Origin: an uncultured Muribaculum sp. | GTDB taxonomy: Bacteria > Bacteroidota > Bacteroidia > Bacteroidales > Muribaculaceae | Assembly: GCA_964541165.1 (NCBI GenBank) | Contig: CAZIPQ010000002.1 | Span: 1-56,714 of the forward strand | Length of the DNA: 56,714 nt | Reading direction: 5' to 3' | Shown: piece after piece, positions 1 to 11,200 of the stretch | Layout: each line of letters begins with the position of its first letter | How positions within the stretch are numbered: the stretch's first letter is position 1 | Notes under the pieces: model-generated | What the model was told of the DNA's origin: nothing | What the model saw: only the letters and a program-made list of their open reading frames with translations | Database searches by the model: none | Translations under genes and position numbers: made by a program

Positions 1-509
1 GGTACGAAAGTCTGTACAGCCTCAACGACACCGGCCGAAGTATATTTTGCAATAAATGAGGCATTCTTCTTAGTGGTGTAAGCACCGTCTACTTTCATAC
101 CGTCTTTGGTCATGCTCTTTCCGTCGGTAGATCCAAACTCGACTTCGTCGGCAAGAGTACCTGCAACATATACGTTGCCGGCTTCATCAGTGTCAACGGC
201 AGTTACCTGAGCCGCACCTGACAGTGCAACACCCCACTTGGGAGCACCGGTAGCATCGTATTTGAGGATATAAGCACTGGTAGCGACAGGCGAAAGTGTA
301 TAACCGGCAAACTCAAATTCATTGGTAAACACACCTGTTGCAATAACCGAACCGTCGGACTGTACCGACATTGGAGTAGAATAGTTGACAGCATCTGCCT
401 TAACAATCTCCGCAATTTCCTTTGTCCAAGACTGAGTGATGGTAGGATTAGCGGCTGAAGCACCTAAAACTGCACCCGCAGCGACAACTGAGAGTAAAAA
501 TTTCTTCAT
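1..509 (-). CDS. Secreted protein, 5' part only (runs off the window edge); beta-propeller-like repeats
   Basis: Not in the ORF track. ATG at 509 reads MKKFLLSVVAAGAVLGASAANPTITQSW... and stays open to the edge. It has a signal peptide and blade-like motifs (YILKYDATGAPKW, VDTDEAGNVYVAG, FIAKYTSAG). Confidence 0.75.
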   Translation of the reverse strand, partial: MKKFLLSVVAAGAVLGASAANPTITQSWTKEIAEIVKADAVNYSTPMSVQSDGSVIATGVFTNEFEFAGYTLSPVATSAYILKYDATGAPKWGVALSGAAQVTAVDTDEAGNVYVAGTLADEVEFGSTDGKSMTKDGMKVDGAYTTKKNASFIAKYTSAGVVEAVQTFV

Positions 510-637
510 ACGCAATTATTATTAAATAAAATAATCTGCAAAGTAAATATATATTTCTAATATAGCAATGACAGATTACAGTTAAATAGTATCATTATTT
601 CCATTTTTCACATTATTTCACATTTGCGAACACAATA

Positions 638-667
638 AACCCCGCGACAACTGAATGTCGCAGGGTT
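638..667 (-). terminator. Hairpin terminator after the first susD
   Basis: aaccccgcgaca...tgtcgcagggtt inverted repeat ~30 bp past the susD stop, with only a short T tract on the minus strand. Confidence 0.6.
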
Positions 668-694
668 AACGCATATTGAAGTATCTGTAATCTG

Positions 695-2026
695 TCAATT
701 AGCCAGACCGGGATTGGCCTCAAGAGCCTCGGTCGGTATACGAATGGTATAGCGTTCGTCCCCGGCTTCGAGTACGTAGGTCTCGTCACGGTAAGTACGC
801 TCTATGCGCGGCTGGGTGGTACGGCGGAGATCAAACCAACGGTGTCCCTCAAAGGCAAGTTCGCGGGCACGCTCGGTATAGATTTCATCAAGGAGTTCCG
901 CATTGGTCATAGCATTGACCTCAGCCTCCTTTGTCTCGTAGCCACGATCGGTAAAACGTGCTTTCTGCAGTTGCAGCAGGTAGTTGCGGGCAGTGTCATA
1001 GTCCTGGTCGTGCCATGCGCTCTCGGCGATGTTGAGATACATCTCCCCTACTCGCATCGAACAGGTGTAAGTGTTGCTGCCACCCTTCTTCAAAAGGATA
1101 TTTGAAGCGGTCACCTGATTGAAGTAGGCCGAGCGACGACGGTCATTGCTGTTGTACATACGGTAGAAGTCACGGTTGACCTTGACAGTCTTGGCATACT
1201 GCGCACTCATGACCTGCTCGAGAGCCACGATGTTTTCAACCGAATTATATTCGTTAGGCAACTGGGTGTTGACCGCAGAAAGCTCACTTTTCACCTCAAG
1301 CACACGCTTGGCTGCCGCAAGCGACTCGGGCCAGCGACCCATATAGAGCATGACACGTGAACGGAGCGCATCGACGCTGAGGGTAGTGAAGCGATAGTTA
1401 TAGCCGGCCTCCCAGCTGTCGACATTCAGATAATCGGCAGCCGAGTCAAGGTCATCGACAATCGACTTGTAGACATCGGCAAGATTATCACGGGTAAGCA
1501 CACCCTCCACATCGCTGTCAAGCTTCAGCGGCACAGCTTTTGTGACCGCCGGGTCACACTTCGTGTAGGCGGGAGCATGAAGGTTGGCAAGAATAAAGTG
1601 CATGTAGGCGCGCAGCATGTAAGCCTCACCTACCATCTGGCGTATTTCATCAGAAGTGCCACCCTCGATCATGCGCTCTGACTCGATAACATAGTTGGCG
1701 ATAAAGAGTACATGATAGAACTGACGCCACTTGAACGAGGCTGTGTTCTCATCGGCCGAGCCGTCGTTCCAACGCCATATATCAAGATATGATGACAAGT
1801 CATTGGGCGACATTGTGGCGTCGAGAGTCACCTCGTCGGAGCGGAATGAGGCCAGACCGCGGTCATCGGGAACCGTCTTATATGCCTCGGTGATCAGTGA
1901 GCGGAATTCATCGGCTGTGGTCGGGATAACCTTGCCTACCGGCTGTATGTCAAGAAAGCTGTCGCAGCTGCTTAAGGTCATTATGATAGCGGCGATAAGC
2001 GAGTATATTGTAAAACGTTTTTTCAT
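695..2026 (-). CDS. RagB/SusD family outer-membrane lipoprotein
   Basis: Lipobox LSSC-DSFLDIQP, GEAYMLRAYMHF TPR segment and ERARELAFEGHRWFDLRR motif; lies directly after susC. Confidence 0.95.
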   Translation of the reverse strand: MKKRFTIYSLIAAIIMTLSSCDSFLDIQPVGKVIPTTADEFRSLITEAYKTVPDDRGLASFRSDEVTLDATMSPNDLSSYLDIWRWNDGSADENTASFKWRQFYHVLFIANYVIESERMIEGGTSDEIRQMVGEAYMLRAYMHFILANLHAPAYTKCDPAVTKAVPLKLDSDVEGVLTRDNLADVYKSIVDDLDSAADYLNVDSWEAGYNYRFTTLSVDALRSRVMLYMGRWPESLAAAKRVLEVKSELSAVNTQLPNEYNSVENIVALEQVMSAQYAKTVKVNRDFYRMYNSNDRRRSAYFNQVTASNILLKKGGSNTYTCSMRVGEMYLNIAESAWHDQDYDTARNYLLQLQKARFTDRGYETKEAEVNAMTNAELLDEIYTERARELAFEGHRWFDLRRTTQPRIERTYRDETYVLEAGDERYTIRIPTEALEANPGLAN

Positions 2027-2040
2027 TTCTTCGATAGCAA

Positions 2041-5000
2041 TTAGAATTTGACATTAAGACTGAAAGTGTAGGACTTGGGTATCGGCTGCGCAAACTGGTT
2101 GCCCATTGTTTCGGGATCCAGGAAGTTGCGGTAACTTGCACCGAACACAAGCAGATTACGGGCCTCGAAAGCCACGGTAGCGGTAGTAAGACCGATCTTT
2201 GATATAAGGGCCGGCGGGATGTTGTAACCCAGACGTATGCTCTGCAGACGCACGTGATCGGAACGCTTCACCCAGGTATCCATCATCGAGTAGATATTGA
2301 ACTCGGCATACTGGGTGTACTCGGCCTTGCGGGGTGTCGACTCAGGCATCAGCGCGGGAAGGTTCGATCCGGTATTTGTGGGGGTCCAGCGGTCAAGTAT
2401 ATCACGGTTGACATTCATACCGCGGTCAAACCATGTCATCGAGTAGGACGGCTGGATGCGGGTATGCATCAACAGATTGAATGCAAAGTTGACCGACAGA
2501 TCGAAATCACGGTAAGTGAAGTTGTTGATGAAACCACCGGTGATAAGCGGATCACCTGAACCGATATACTTATACAGATTGCGCTGAGCCTCGGGGGTCA
2601 GTGTACTTGCTCCGGCTGTATTCAGCTTCAGGAATTCCTTTGCAGTCACCGCATTGCCGTCAGGACCGACAAACAACGGATAGCCGTCGCTGTCAAGACC
2701 GGCAGTCTTGAATGCAAATATCGCATTTACCGGATATCCCTCGCGTGAAGGAGTGGTCTGGTTGGCCGGAACAGTCTCACGAAGCACCGTATTGTCATTG
2801 TAAGCCACGTTCAGATTGGTAGTCCAGTGGAAATTACGGTTAGCGATGTTACGGGTCGAGATAGCGAGTTCGACACCCTGATTGCGCATGCTGGCCCAGT
2901 TGACCATAGTCGACATAAAGCCGGTTTCCAGAGGCAACATTCGCAGGGCGATGAGGTCCTGTCCCTTACGGTAATAATAGTCGGCCGACATCGTCAGGGC
3001 GTTGTCAAAGAAAGCCATGTCAAGACCGGCGTTGGTCGTATAGGTCTTTTCCCAGCGCAGACGGCGGTTGGGAGGGGTGCCGAGCACAATCACATCCTCG
3101 GTCACACCGGGCAGGATCGACTCGGTATTGTAGTTACCCATCACATAGCTCGAAGTGCTCTTGTCGATATTACCCTGAATACCGAATGATGCACGGAGCG
3201 CAAGATTATTCACGGCGCGTGACTCCTGAAGCCAGGGTTCATCACTGATGCGCCACAGGAAACTGCCTGAATAGAGCGGCAGGAAGCGATACTTTTTGTC
3301 TACGCCGAAGAGGTCGCTACCGTCAAAACGGATACTGCCGCCGAAGGTGTAACGGTGAAGCAGCGAGTAGCTGGCAGTGGCATAGAATGACGCATAGGCA
3401 TTTTCAGTCACGCTCTCCGAGTGAAGCGGGAACTGGCGTGCCCACGACTCGTTGGGAAATATCACAGGTTTGCTGGTAAGCGTCTTGCGGTCATAGCCAT
3501 AGGCAGTCGACGAGAAATAGTCATACCATGTCTTGCGGATCTCTGTACCGAGCATCGCCTCAAGCTCATGACGCTGGTTAAACTCATTCGAATACTCGGC
3601 CTGAGCCTTCCATGTCAGCTGCTTGCTGTTGCTCTTGCTCTGCATGTGACGGCCACCGTCAGGGAGAAACGACTTGTTGCCGAGAGTCGACAACGTAGTG
3701 CGATATACCTCCTTGCGCATAGCGTAGGTATTTCCGTCGGCGTAGTGCTGGGTATCGACATTATCAACCTGGAAGCCTACCTGAGTGGTAGCCTTGAGAT
3801 AGTCGGTGAAGCGAAGATCGGCATCCAGAAGAGCGGTCAGGCCTGTTGTCTCCTGGGTATAGTCGGTATTGTTGCGCTCCTCAAACACATTAAACTTCAG
3901 GTCACTGTCCTCACGACCCTGAATATCGGTATCATAGATATAGCGTCCGTCGGCATCATAGGGAAGCTGATAAGGGTTGGCACGACGCGAGTAATACACC
4001 GGATTGGAAAATCCGTCATTATCGGTAAGGTATGAATTGCTCTTACGGCGGTTGGCAAAAAGCGAAGCACCGATCTTGAAGCGTCGGCTAAGACGATAAG
4101 TAGTCTTAAGCACAACGTTGAAGCGGTTCATGTCGACGCCGGGCACATTACCCTTTTCATCCTGAAAACCGAGCGAGGTATAATATGTGGCTTTCTCATT
4201 ACCGCCCGACAGGCTGAAATTATACTCCTGGTTGAATGTGTCACGGAAAAGGATGTCATTCCAGTCAGTATTGATGTCGCGGAGAGCATCAATCTGGTAG
4301 CGCACATCTGCCGGCAGCGCGGCCCAGCCGCCCGACTTATAAAGTCCCATTACACCGGCAGCGTTGAGTATGCGGGCAACTCCACCCTTATTCTCACGAT
4401 AAGTGTAATCGGTATTCAGCAGTTCAAGCTCAAGATCAACCTTTTCCGACGAATTGAGCAGATTGAGGCGATCGATATCAGGCTTCGGCGAATAGGTAAG
4501 TCGGGTTGAGAAGCTTACCTCAGGACGACCGGCCTTACCGTTTTTGGTTGTTATCACGATCACACCGTTGGCGGCGCGGGTACCGTATATTGCGGTGGCC
4601 GCGGCATCCTTAAGCACGGTGATGCTCTCGATGTCGGCAGGATTAATACCTGCGATCGACGACTGATATATATTGTCGATATCTTTAAGATCCTCAAGGG
4701 CGGGAACTTCGGTACCGTTGACAGGCACACCGTCAATGACCCAGAGGGGATCCTGGGTACCGTTAAGTGAAGCGGTACCTCGTATACGTATCTTCATAGG
4801 AGCACCGGGGGTACCGCTGCTCTGCATTGCCGACAGACCGGCAACCTGACCGGCAAGAGCCTGGTCGATATTCATGACCGAACCGATCTTACTGTCATCG
4901 AGATCAAGCTTTGATATCGACGCTGTAAGCTTGCGACGCTCGATTGCCTGATAACCGGTGACCACCACATCACTGAGTGTGACCGATGAAGGGTCAAGAG

Positions 5001-5316
5001 TGATGTCATAGTTGTTGACCCCGGGCACAAGTACAATGGTGCGCGGATTATAGCCCATATAGCGGACTTCGATTTCCTCCACACCATCAGGTATGGCAAG
5101 CGAGAAATTACCGTCAATGTCAGCCGCAGTGCCAAGTGACTTAAGCTGGCTTCCTGACTTTTTCAATTGAGCAGCCGACACTGTTACAGTAGCTCCGATA
5201 AGAGGCTCATTCTCGTCAGACGACACAATCACTCCCGTGATATTGCGGTCGGCAAGCGCACGGGCCGGCATTATAATAGCCGCCAATGCAATAATTACGG
5301 ACAACAGATACTTCAT
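2041..5316 (-). CDS. SusC/RagA TonB-dependent transporter (no STN domain)
   Basis: Plug motif LKDAAATAIYGTRAANGVIVITTK, LRWEKT, and C-terminal SLNVKF. Confidence 0.97.
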   Translation of the reverse strand: MKYLLSVIIALAAIIMPARALADRNITGVIVSSDENEPLIGATVTVSAAQLKKSGSQLKSLGTAADIDGNFSLAIPDGVEEIEVRYMGYNPRTIVLVPGVNNYDITLDPSSVTLSDVVVTGYQAIERRKLTASISKLDLDDSKIGSVMNIDQALAGQVAGLSAMQSSGTPGAPMKIRIRGTASLNGTQDPLWVIDGVPVNGTEVPALEDLKDIDNIYQSSIAGINPADIESITVLKDAAATAIYGTRAANGVIVITTKNGKAGRPEVSFSTRLTYSPKPDIDRLNLLNSSEKVDLELELLNTDYTYRENKGGVARILNAAGVMGLYKSGGWAALPADVRYQIDALRDINTDWNDILFRDTFNQEYNFSLSGGNEKATYYTSLGFQDEKGNVPGVDMNRFNVVLKTTYRLSRRFKIGASLFANRRKSNSYLTDNDGFSNPVYYSRRANPYQLPYDADGRYIYDTDIQGREDSDLKFNVFEERNNTDYTQETTGLTALLDADLRFTDYLKATTQVGFQVDNVDTQHYADGNTYAMRKEVYRTTLSTLGNKSFLPDGGRHMQSKSNSKQLTWKAQAEYSNEFNQRHELEAMLGTEIRKTWYDYFSSTAYGYDRKTLTSKPVIFPNESWARQFPLHSESVTENAYASFYATASYSLLHRYTFGGSIRFDGSDLFGVDKKYRFLPLYSGSFLWRISDEPWLQESRAVNNLALRASFGIQGNIDKSTSSYVMGNYNTESILPGVTEDVIVLGTPPNRRLRWEKTYTTNAGLDMAFFDNALTMSADYYYRKGQDLIALRMLPLETGFMSTMVNWASMRNQGVELAISTRNIANRNFHWTTNLNVAYNDNTVLRETVPANQTTPSREGYPVNAIFAFKTAGLDSDGYPLFVGPDGNAVTAKEFLKLNTAGASTLTPEAQRNLYKYIGSGDPLITGGFINNFTYRDFDLSVNFAFNLLMHTRIQPSYSMTWFDRGMNVNRDILDRWTPTNTGSNLPALMPESTPRKAEYTQYAEFNIYSMMDTWVKRSDHVRLQSIRLGYNIPPALISKIGLTTATVAFEARNLLVFGASYRNFLDPETMGNQFAQPIPKSYTFSLNVKF

Positions 5317-5367
5317 AGCGTAAACTAAATTACTATATTTTTAAGATTGACAGAATGAATTTTGGCC

Positions 5368-5395
5368 GGCATTCCCCATAGGATGAGGGAATGCC
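5368..5395. other. Intercistronic stem-loop between the protease and susC
   Basis: ggcattccc...gggaatgcc. There is no U tract on the coding (minus) strand, so it is more likely a stability or processing element than a terminator. Confidence 0.55.
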
Positions 5396-5423
5396 TTTAA
5401 GGTAGAGGCTGGGCTATAACAGC

Positions 5424-8093
5424 TTACTGCTGCGGTAGTCCGAGGGCTGAGTTGATACGCATCAACATGTCGTTATAGTGGTAGCGCACGGCGCGGTCGC
5501 CGGCGTTGCGGTTGTTTATCATAAGCTGACGTATGCGCATCAGTTCTCCGCGTTTTACAGATACTACATCCGACACACGGTTGGCCTGAGTGCCATACAT
5601 ATTCAGGACTCGTGAGGCTGCAGGACGGTCACCAAGTCCACGGTTACATTCATCATGTGAGCAGAACGCGCCGTGATCACTGAAAGCTACACGCGGGTCA
5701 AGTGATCTGTCGGCAAGCAGGATGTCACTCTTGACTCCCTGACGCTCACACGCTGCGGTGATAAGCGCATCGACATAATTCTTCTGCACTCGACGCTCAC
5801 GTACATCAGGATTGCCTCCTTTCAGTGTGGTCTTGAAGATGGCATTGTGCAGCATATCCATCATCTCTATCGCCGTAAATGCGTCCTTACCTGAACGTGA
5901 TTCATTCTCCAGCATGCGTATAAGACGGTTGTCGGTCAGAAGATCCCAGAATATGTAACTCTGCATATTAGTGAGCATGAACGAAGGAACCTGTTCGATA
6001 CGTCCTACCGGCGAATTCAGGATGACGTAGGTATAGTTGGTAAGATCGGCATCAACTATCCATTCAGGGGTGGTAAACACTTCGTCAATCAGGAACTGCA
6101 CTGCATCGCGCTGACGATCCTTTTCCACAAACCTGTATGTGGGTCGGCCATCTCCTACCGTTGTGTTATCGACATAGATACCGCCTACATTGGTGAGCAC
6201 GTGATATACATAATTGCTCCACTGCGACAATACCGCGGCAAACAGCCTTGATGCGGCGTCATAGTCCTGGCCCAGCTCTCCGGTAGTGGTCCACTTTACT
6301 ATTTCGGGCACGATACGCTTGAGATTGGCGATACCGTAGCGGGACGCTTTCATTGAATTGTCACCGAGATCCTCGCTCTGGGCACGTGGGTCAATACCTT
6401 CGCGCATATCCTGAGCCTCGCTGTAAATATACAGATTACCGGTATAATTTGACAGCAGCTCCTGCAGATCGGCCACTTCATCCTCAGGGTTATCCTTACC
6501 GAACCAACGGTAGCCGTATTCAATCGCAAGCAGGTCATAAGGACCGATATTGGGCGACATCACAGTCACGTTATCACCGGGCTGAGCCACGTAATTGAAG
6601 CGGGCATAGTCCATGATCGATGACGAGGTACCTCCGAGCATATCCGTATATGACTTGCTGCGCAGTGAGTCAACCGGTATGGCACTTGATGCAGTCATAT
6701 TATGACGCAGGCCAAGGGAATGTCCTACCTCGTGACATGCGACAAAACGCATTGCATCGCCCATGATGCTGTCGGGCAACTGCGGCTTGCGCACGGCAGG
6801 ATTTACAGCACCGGTCTGGACTATTATCCAGTCGTGGACCATCTCGATCACGTTGTGCCACCACATTATGTCGGCCTCAAGGATCTCGCCCGATCGCGGA
6901 TCGGTGATTGACGGCCCCATGGCGTTGGCACGTGACGAGGCGGCATAATTGATGACCGAATAACTCATATCGTCACGATCGATCTCTTCATCCTCGGGAA
7001 TGTCGCGTGCTACGATGGCATTTTTAAAGCCTGCCATCTCAAAAGCCTTCTGCCATGCCTCGACACCCTCTTTTATATACGGGCGCCAACGGTCGGGTGT
7101 ACTCGGATCGATATAAAATACTATCGGCTGAGCCGGCTCCACCAAACGTCCCGCGAGGTAATCGGCCTCTTCACCAGGCTTAGGCTCCAGACGCCAGCGG
7201 TTGATGAAATGCGACTTCTTTACGCGCTGCTGATCATCGCTGAAGCGGAGCACCGGATCGGAGAAATAGCCTACTCTTGGAGAGGCATATCGACGTGTCA
7301 TCGGTTTCTCCGGAAGAAGAAGCAATGACGAACCGATCTCTACAGTGACATATACCGTGCCTGATGGCTCGACCACCTTTGTGGTAAGCTCGGCTATGGC
7401 GTGGATATTGTTATCAAAAGACTTGATGCGGATGATACGCGACAGATCGCTATTGACCGAAGTGCCTAAGTTGATATCATTGAACACATTGTTGAAGGCG
7501 GTCGAATTTCCATTATAGATATCGTTGACCTTGATCACCAATGCGGTAGAATCCGGATTATGGGCCTCCACCTTGAATGAAGCAATGATCGGCGAGATAT
7601 AATTGTCGGCGACTGAAAGCGCTATCGACGCATCCTCGGGAACAAGAGGAAGCGGACGGCTCTGACGCACGAATACCTTGTCGGCCTTGGGGTCGTATTC
7701 AAAACGCACCATCTGGTTGTTATAATTGATGCCGCGGTTCACTCCGGCCTCATTCAGCTCTTCCGGCACACGCACCATCTTGTTGACAACAAGCATGTCA
7801 CGGCCAAGCAGACTGTCGGGAATCTCGAAGTAATAGTCCTCACCCTTGGCGATGACATTAAACATTCCCTGATCGATCTTGCTGCTGTCGTTCACAAGTT
7901 CCTCATACGCAGAGGGGGATGATGACGAGCCGGCAGCATCTTCCGATGAAGATGTCGCTTTTTTCTTTTTCTTGCCGAAAAAGAGGAAACTCCGATCCTG
8001 CTGGTTATCTGGCCGGGCAGTCGCACTAAGCGACAACGGGGCGATAATTAGCGAAGATGCAAAAAATATCTTGAATATACTTGAAAATCTCAT
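5424..8093 (-). CDS. Secreted zinc-dependent metalloprotease (EcxA-like, DUF5117/DUF5118/DUF4953 architecture)
   Basis: Signal peptide, HEVGHSLGLRHN zinc motif, SSIMDY Met-turn and DPRSGEILEADI. Confidence 0.92.
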   Translation of the reverse strand: MRFSSIFKIFFASSLIIAPLSLSATARPDNQQDRSFLFFGKKKKKATSSSEDAAGSSSSPSAYEELVNDSSKIDQGMFNVIAKGEDYYFEIPDSLLGRDMLVVNKMVRVPEELNEAGVNRGINYNNQMVRFEYDPKADKVFVRQSRPLPLVPEDASIALSVADNYISPIIASFKVEAHNPDSTALVIKVNDIYNGNSTAFNNVFNDINLGTSVNSDLSRIIRIKSFDNNIHAIAELTTKVVEPSGTVYVTVEIGSSLLLLPEKPMTRRYASPRVGYFSDPVLRFSDDQQRVKKSHFINRWRLEPKPGEEADYLAGRLVEPAQPIVFYIDPSTPDRWRPYIKEGVEAWQKAFEMAGFKNAIVARDIPEDEEIDRDDMSYSVINYAASSRANAMGPSITDPRSGEILEADIMWWHNVIEMVHDWIIVQTGAVNPAVRKPQLPDSIMGDAMRFVACHEVGHSLGLRHNMTASSAIPVDSLRSKSYTDMLGGTSSSIMDYARFNYVAQPGDNVTVMSPNIGPYDLLAIEYGYRWFGKDNPEDEVADLQELLSNYTGNLYIYSEAQDMREGIDPRAQSEDLGDNSMKASRYGIANLKRIVPEIVKWTTTGELGQDYDAASRLFAAVLSQWSNYVYHVLTNVGGIYVDNTTVGDGRPTYRFVEKDRQRDAVQFLIDEVFTTPEWIVDADLTNYTYVILNSPVGRIEQVPSFMLTNMQSYIFWDLLTDNRLIRMLENESRSGKDAFTAIEMMDMLHNAIFKTTLKGGNPDVRERRVQKNYVDALITAACERQGVKSDILLADRSLDPRVAFSDHGAFCSHDECNRGLGDRPAASRVLNMYGTQANRVSDVVSVKRGELMRIRQLMINNRNAGDRAVRYHYNDMLMRINSALGLPQQ

Positions 8094-8295
8094 TTTGATT
8101 ACCTCAAACCTATAAAAATATACACTCTTTTAATTTGGTCTTACAAAGATAAGATATTCTTATATTATACGCAAGTGCTAAACGATTGAACTAAATCAAT
8201 TTGTTAATTATACATTATTTTCACCCTTTTTATAGCAAAAATTTCTCAAACACACTTAATTTTTACTACTTTTGCACCCTTATAAAAGTTACGTA

Positions 8296-11200
8296 ATGAC
8301 CCCTATTGAAAATTTGAAATATGACCGCCGCGCCGAGAGACTCGCATCAATGATCCAGTCAGAAATCATTGTGCTTGACGGCGCTATGGGCACCATGATC
8401 CAGCAGCTCACGCTGGATGAAACCGACTTCCGCGGCAAAGAGTTTTCCAATCATCCTCACCGTCTTGCAGGATGCAACGATATTCTGGTGATAACGCGAC
8501 CTGACGCCATACGCAATATTCATTCCGCTTATCTGGAGGCCGGTGCGAATATCATTGAGACCGATACTTTCAATGCCAATGCGCTTTCACTTGCCGACTA
8601 CGGATTAAGCGATGAAAATACAGTAAGACGTATCAACATGGCCGCTGCTGGCGTTGCCCGCGAAGCTGTCAGCGAGTATGAGGCAGCGCATCCGGGTGAG
8701 ATACGATGGGTTGCCGGAAGTGTAGGCCCTACCGGAATATCTCTCACCATGGCACGTGAACTCGGCGATGATGCCAACTGGGACACACTGACTGCCGCTT
8801 ACTCAACCCAGATGGAGGCGTTGATTGAAGCGGGTGTCGATCTGCTCCTTATTGAGACCGCATTCGACTCCCTCAATGCAAAAGCGGCATTGTGGAGCGC
8901 ACGCCGGGCTATGGAGCGCCTTGACCGAAAGGTTCCGGTAATCGTCTCGATAACCCTGACCGAATCAGGCCGTACTCTTTCAGGACAGACTCCCGAAGCA
9001 TTTATCGCAACAATAAGTCATGCCGAGCCATTGGCTGTAGGGCTTAACTGCGGTTTCGGAGCCGATACGATGTTGCGCTATGTCGAGCAGCTGCAGCCTG
9101 TTCCCTACCCGATCATCGTATATCCGAATGCGGGATTGCCCAATGAGATGGGACAGTATGACGAAACTCCCGAGCACATGGCTGCCACAATGCGTAAAAT
9201 GATGGCCGGGGGGATGGTTAATATCGTAGGAGGATGCTGCGGCACAACTCCGGCCCATATCGCCCTGCTTAGCAAGATGGCCTCGGAGTATGCTCCAAGA
9301 ATAGTTCCTGCCAAGACCGATGAAATGATTCTTGCCGGCCTCGAACCGCTGTATGTAGAGCGTGCCGGACGTTTCATTCAGGTGGGTGAACGCTGTAACG
9401 TGGCCGGTAGCCGTAAGTTTTTACGCCTCATCAAAGAGGGCAACATAGATCAGGCCATCGATATCGCCGGCACCCAGGTGGAGGCAGGAGCCGACATCGT
9501 TGACATCAATCTCGACGATGCCATGCTTGACTCATCGGCTCAGATGGATTCGTTCGTGACCCGCATCGGAACTGATCCACGCGTGGCGAAGGTACCGCTT
9601 ATGATAGACTCCTCGGATTTTGCCACCATAATGAGCGGACTTAAACGTGTACAAGGCCGCCCTATCGTCAACTCCATCAGCCTTAAAGAGGGAGAGGAAG
9701 CTTTCTTAAGCCATGCCCGCGACATCAGGGAAATGGGTGCCGCTGTAATAGTCATGGCATTTGACGAGGATGGTCAGGCCGACACATTTGAACGTCGCAC
9801 GGAGGTGTGTCGTCGCGCTTACCGGCTGTTGACAGAGAAAGCCGGGTTCAAGGGCTGTGACATCGTGTTTGATCCGAATGTGCTGGCTGTGGCAACCGGT
9901 ATCGAGTCACACAACAACTATGCTCTCGACTTCATCCGCTCAGTAAAATGGATCAAGGAAAATCTGCCCGGAGCCAAAGTGAGCGGAGGAGTAAGCAATC
10001 TGTCATTTGCTCTTCGCGGACATAATTACGTAAGGGAAGCGATGCACGCGCTGTTTCTGGAAAAATGCCGCGCCAACGGCATGGATATGGGTATCGTCAA
10101 CGTTGCGTCATCAGTGGCTCCCGCGGCAGTCGAAGCCGAACTCGCCACTGCTATCGACGATGTATTGCTCAACACACATCCCGACGCCACCGAGAAGCTT
10201 ATCGAGATTGCGACTCAACTTAAAGAAGCCGCCGACTCAGGTAAAACGCAATCGACTGACAACAGCGCCCCGTTGTCACCGGCGGAGCATATCGAGCAAC
10301 GTCTGCTCAAAGGCAGCAACGACGGTATGGAGCAGTGGCTTGATGCCTCGCTGAACGAAGGTATGACAGCACTGCAGATAGTCGACGGCCCACTCATGGC
10401 CGGAATGACACGTGTCGGCAAGCTATTCGGTGAGGGACGTATGTTTCTGCCTCAGGTTGTCAAGAGCGCACGCACGATGAAGCAGGCAGTAAATTACCTG
10501 ACCCCGCATATCGAGGCGGCAAAAAGCGGAAACGGAGCTACATCGGCCGGCAAAATCATCCTTGCCACTGTTAAAGGCGATGTCCATGACATAGGAAAGA
10601 ATATTGTCAGTGTTATCATGAACTGCAACGGCTATTCCATTCACGACCTCGGAGTCATGGTACCGGCCGAGGAGATCATAGACGCCGCCACTCAGGAAAA
10701 GGCTGATTTCATCGGCGTCAGCGGACTTATCACACCTTCGCTTGAGGAGATGTGCCGCGTGGCGCGCATGATGGAGGAAAGAGGCATGACTATCCCGCTT
10801 CTTATCGGCGGAGCGACGACATCCGAACTTCACACAGCCGTAAAAATAGCCCCTTGTTACAGCGGCCCGGTAATATATACCCGTGATGCCGCGATGCTGC
10901 CTGAAGTAGCCCGCGAGCTTATGTCGGAGCGCCGCAATGACTTTATCACCGCCAACCGTAACCGTCAGGAACAGCTGCGCTCGGCAAATATTGAGCATAA
11001 GCCGCTTGTATCGCTCGAAGAGGCACGCAGTAAAGCCGTCCGTCCCGATTTTGTTCCGGCAGTTCCTTCATTTACCGGTCGTCAGGAACTGAAAATAAAG
11101 GTCGCCGATGTAAGGCCGCTCATCAACTGGCGCGCATTCCTCAACGCCTGGAAGCTTGACGGATCGCTAGCCGAAGCTGTCAATATAAACAGTACGGAGC

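Noticed and set aside
203-463. 86-aa minus-strand ORF in the track
   Set aside because: It is an out-of-frame shadow of the real edge-truncated gene starting at 509.
606-624. tttcacatt direct repeat with a 10-bp period
   Set aside because: Only two short copies in AT-rich DNA; it could be an operator but is unsupported.
8094-8295. SAM or cobalamin riboswitch upstream of metH
   Set aside because: The leader is short and AT-rich with no B12 box or S-box core, and a promoter-like box sits ~20 nt from the ATG.
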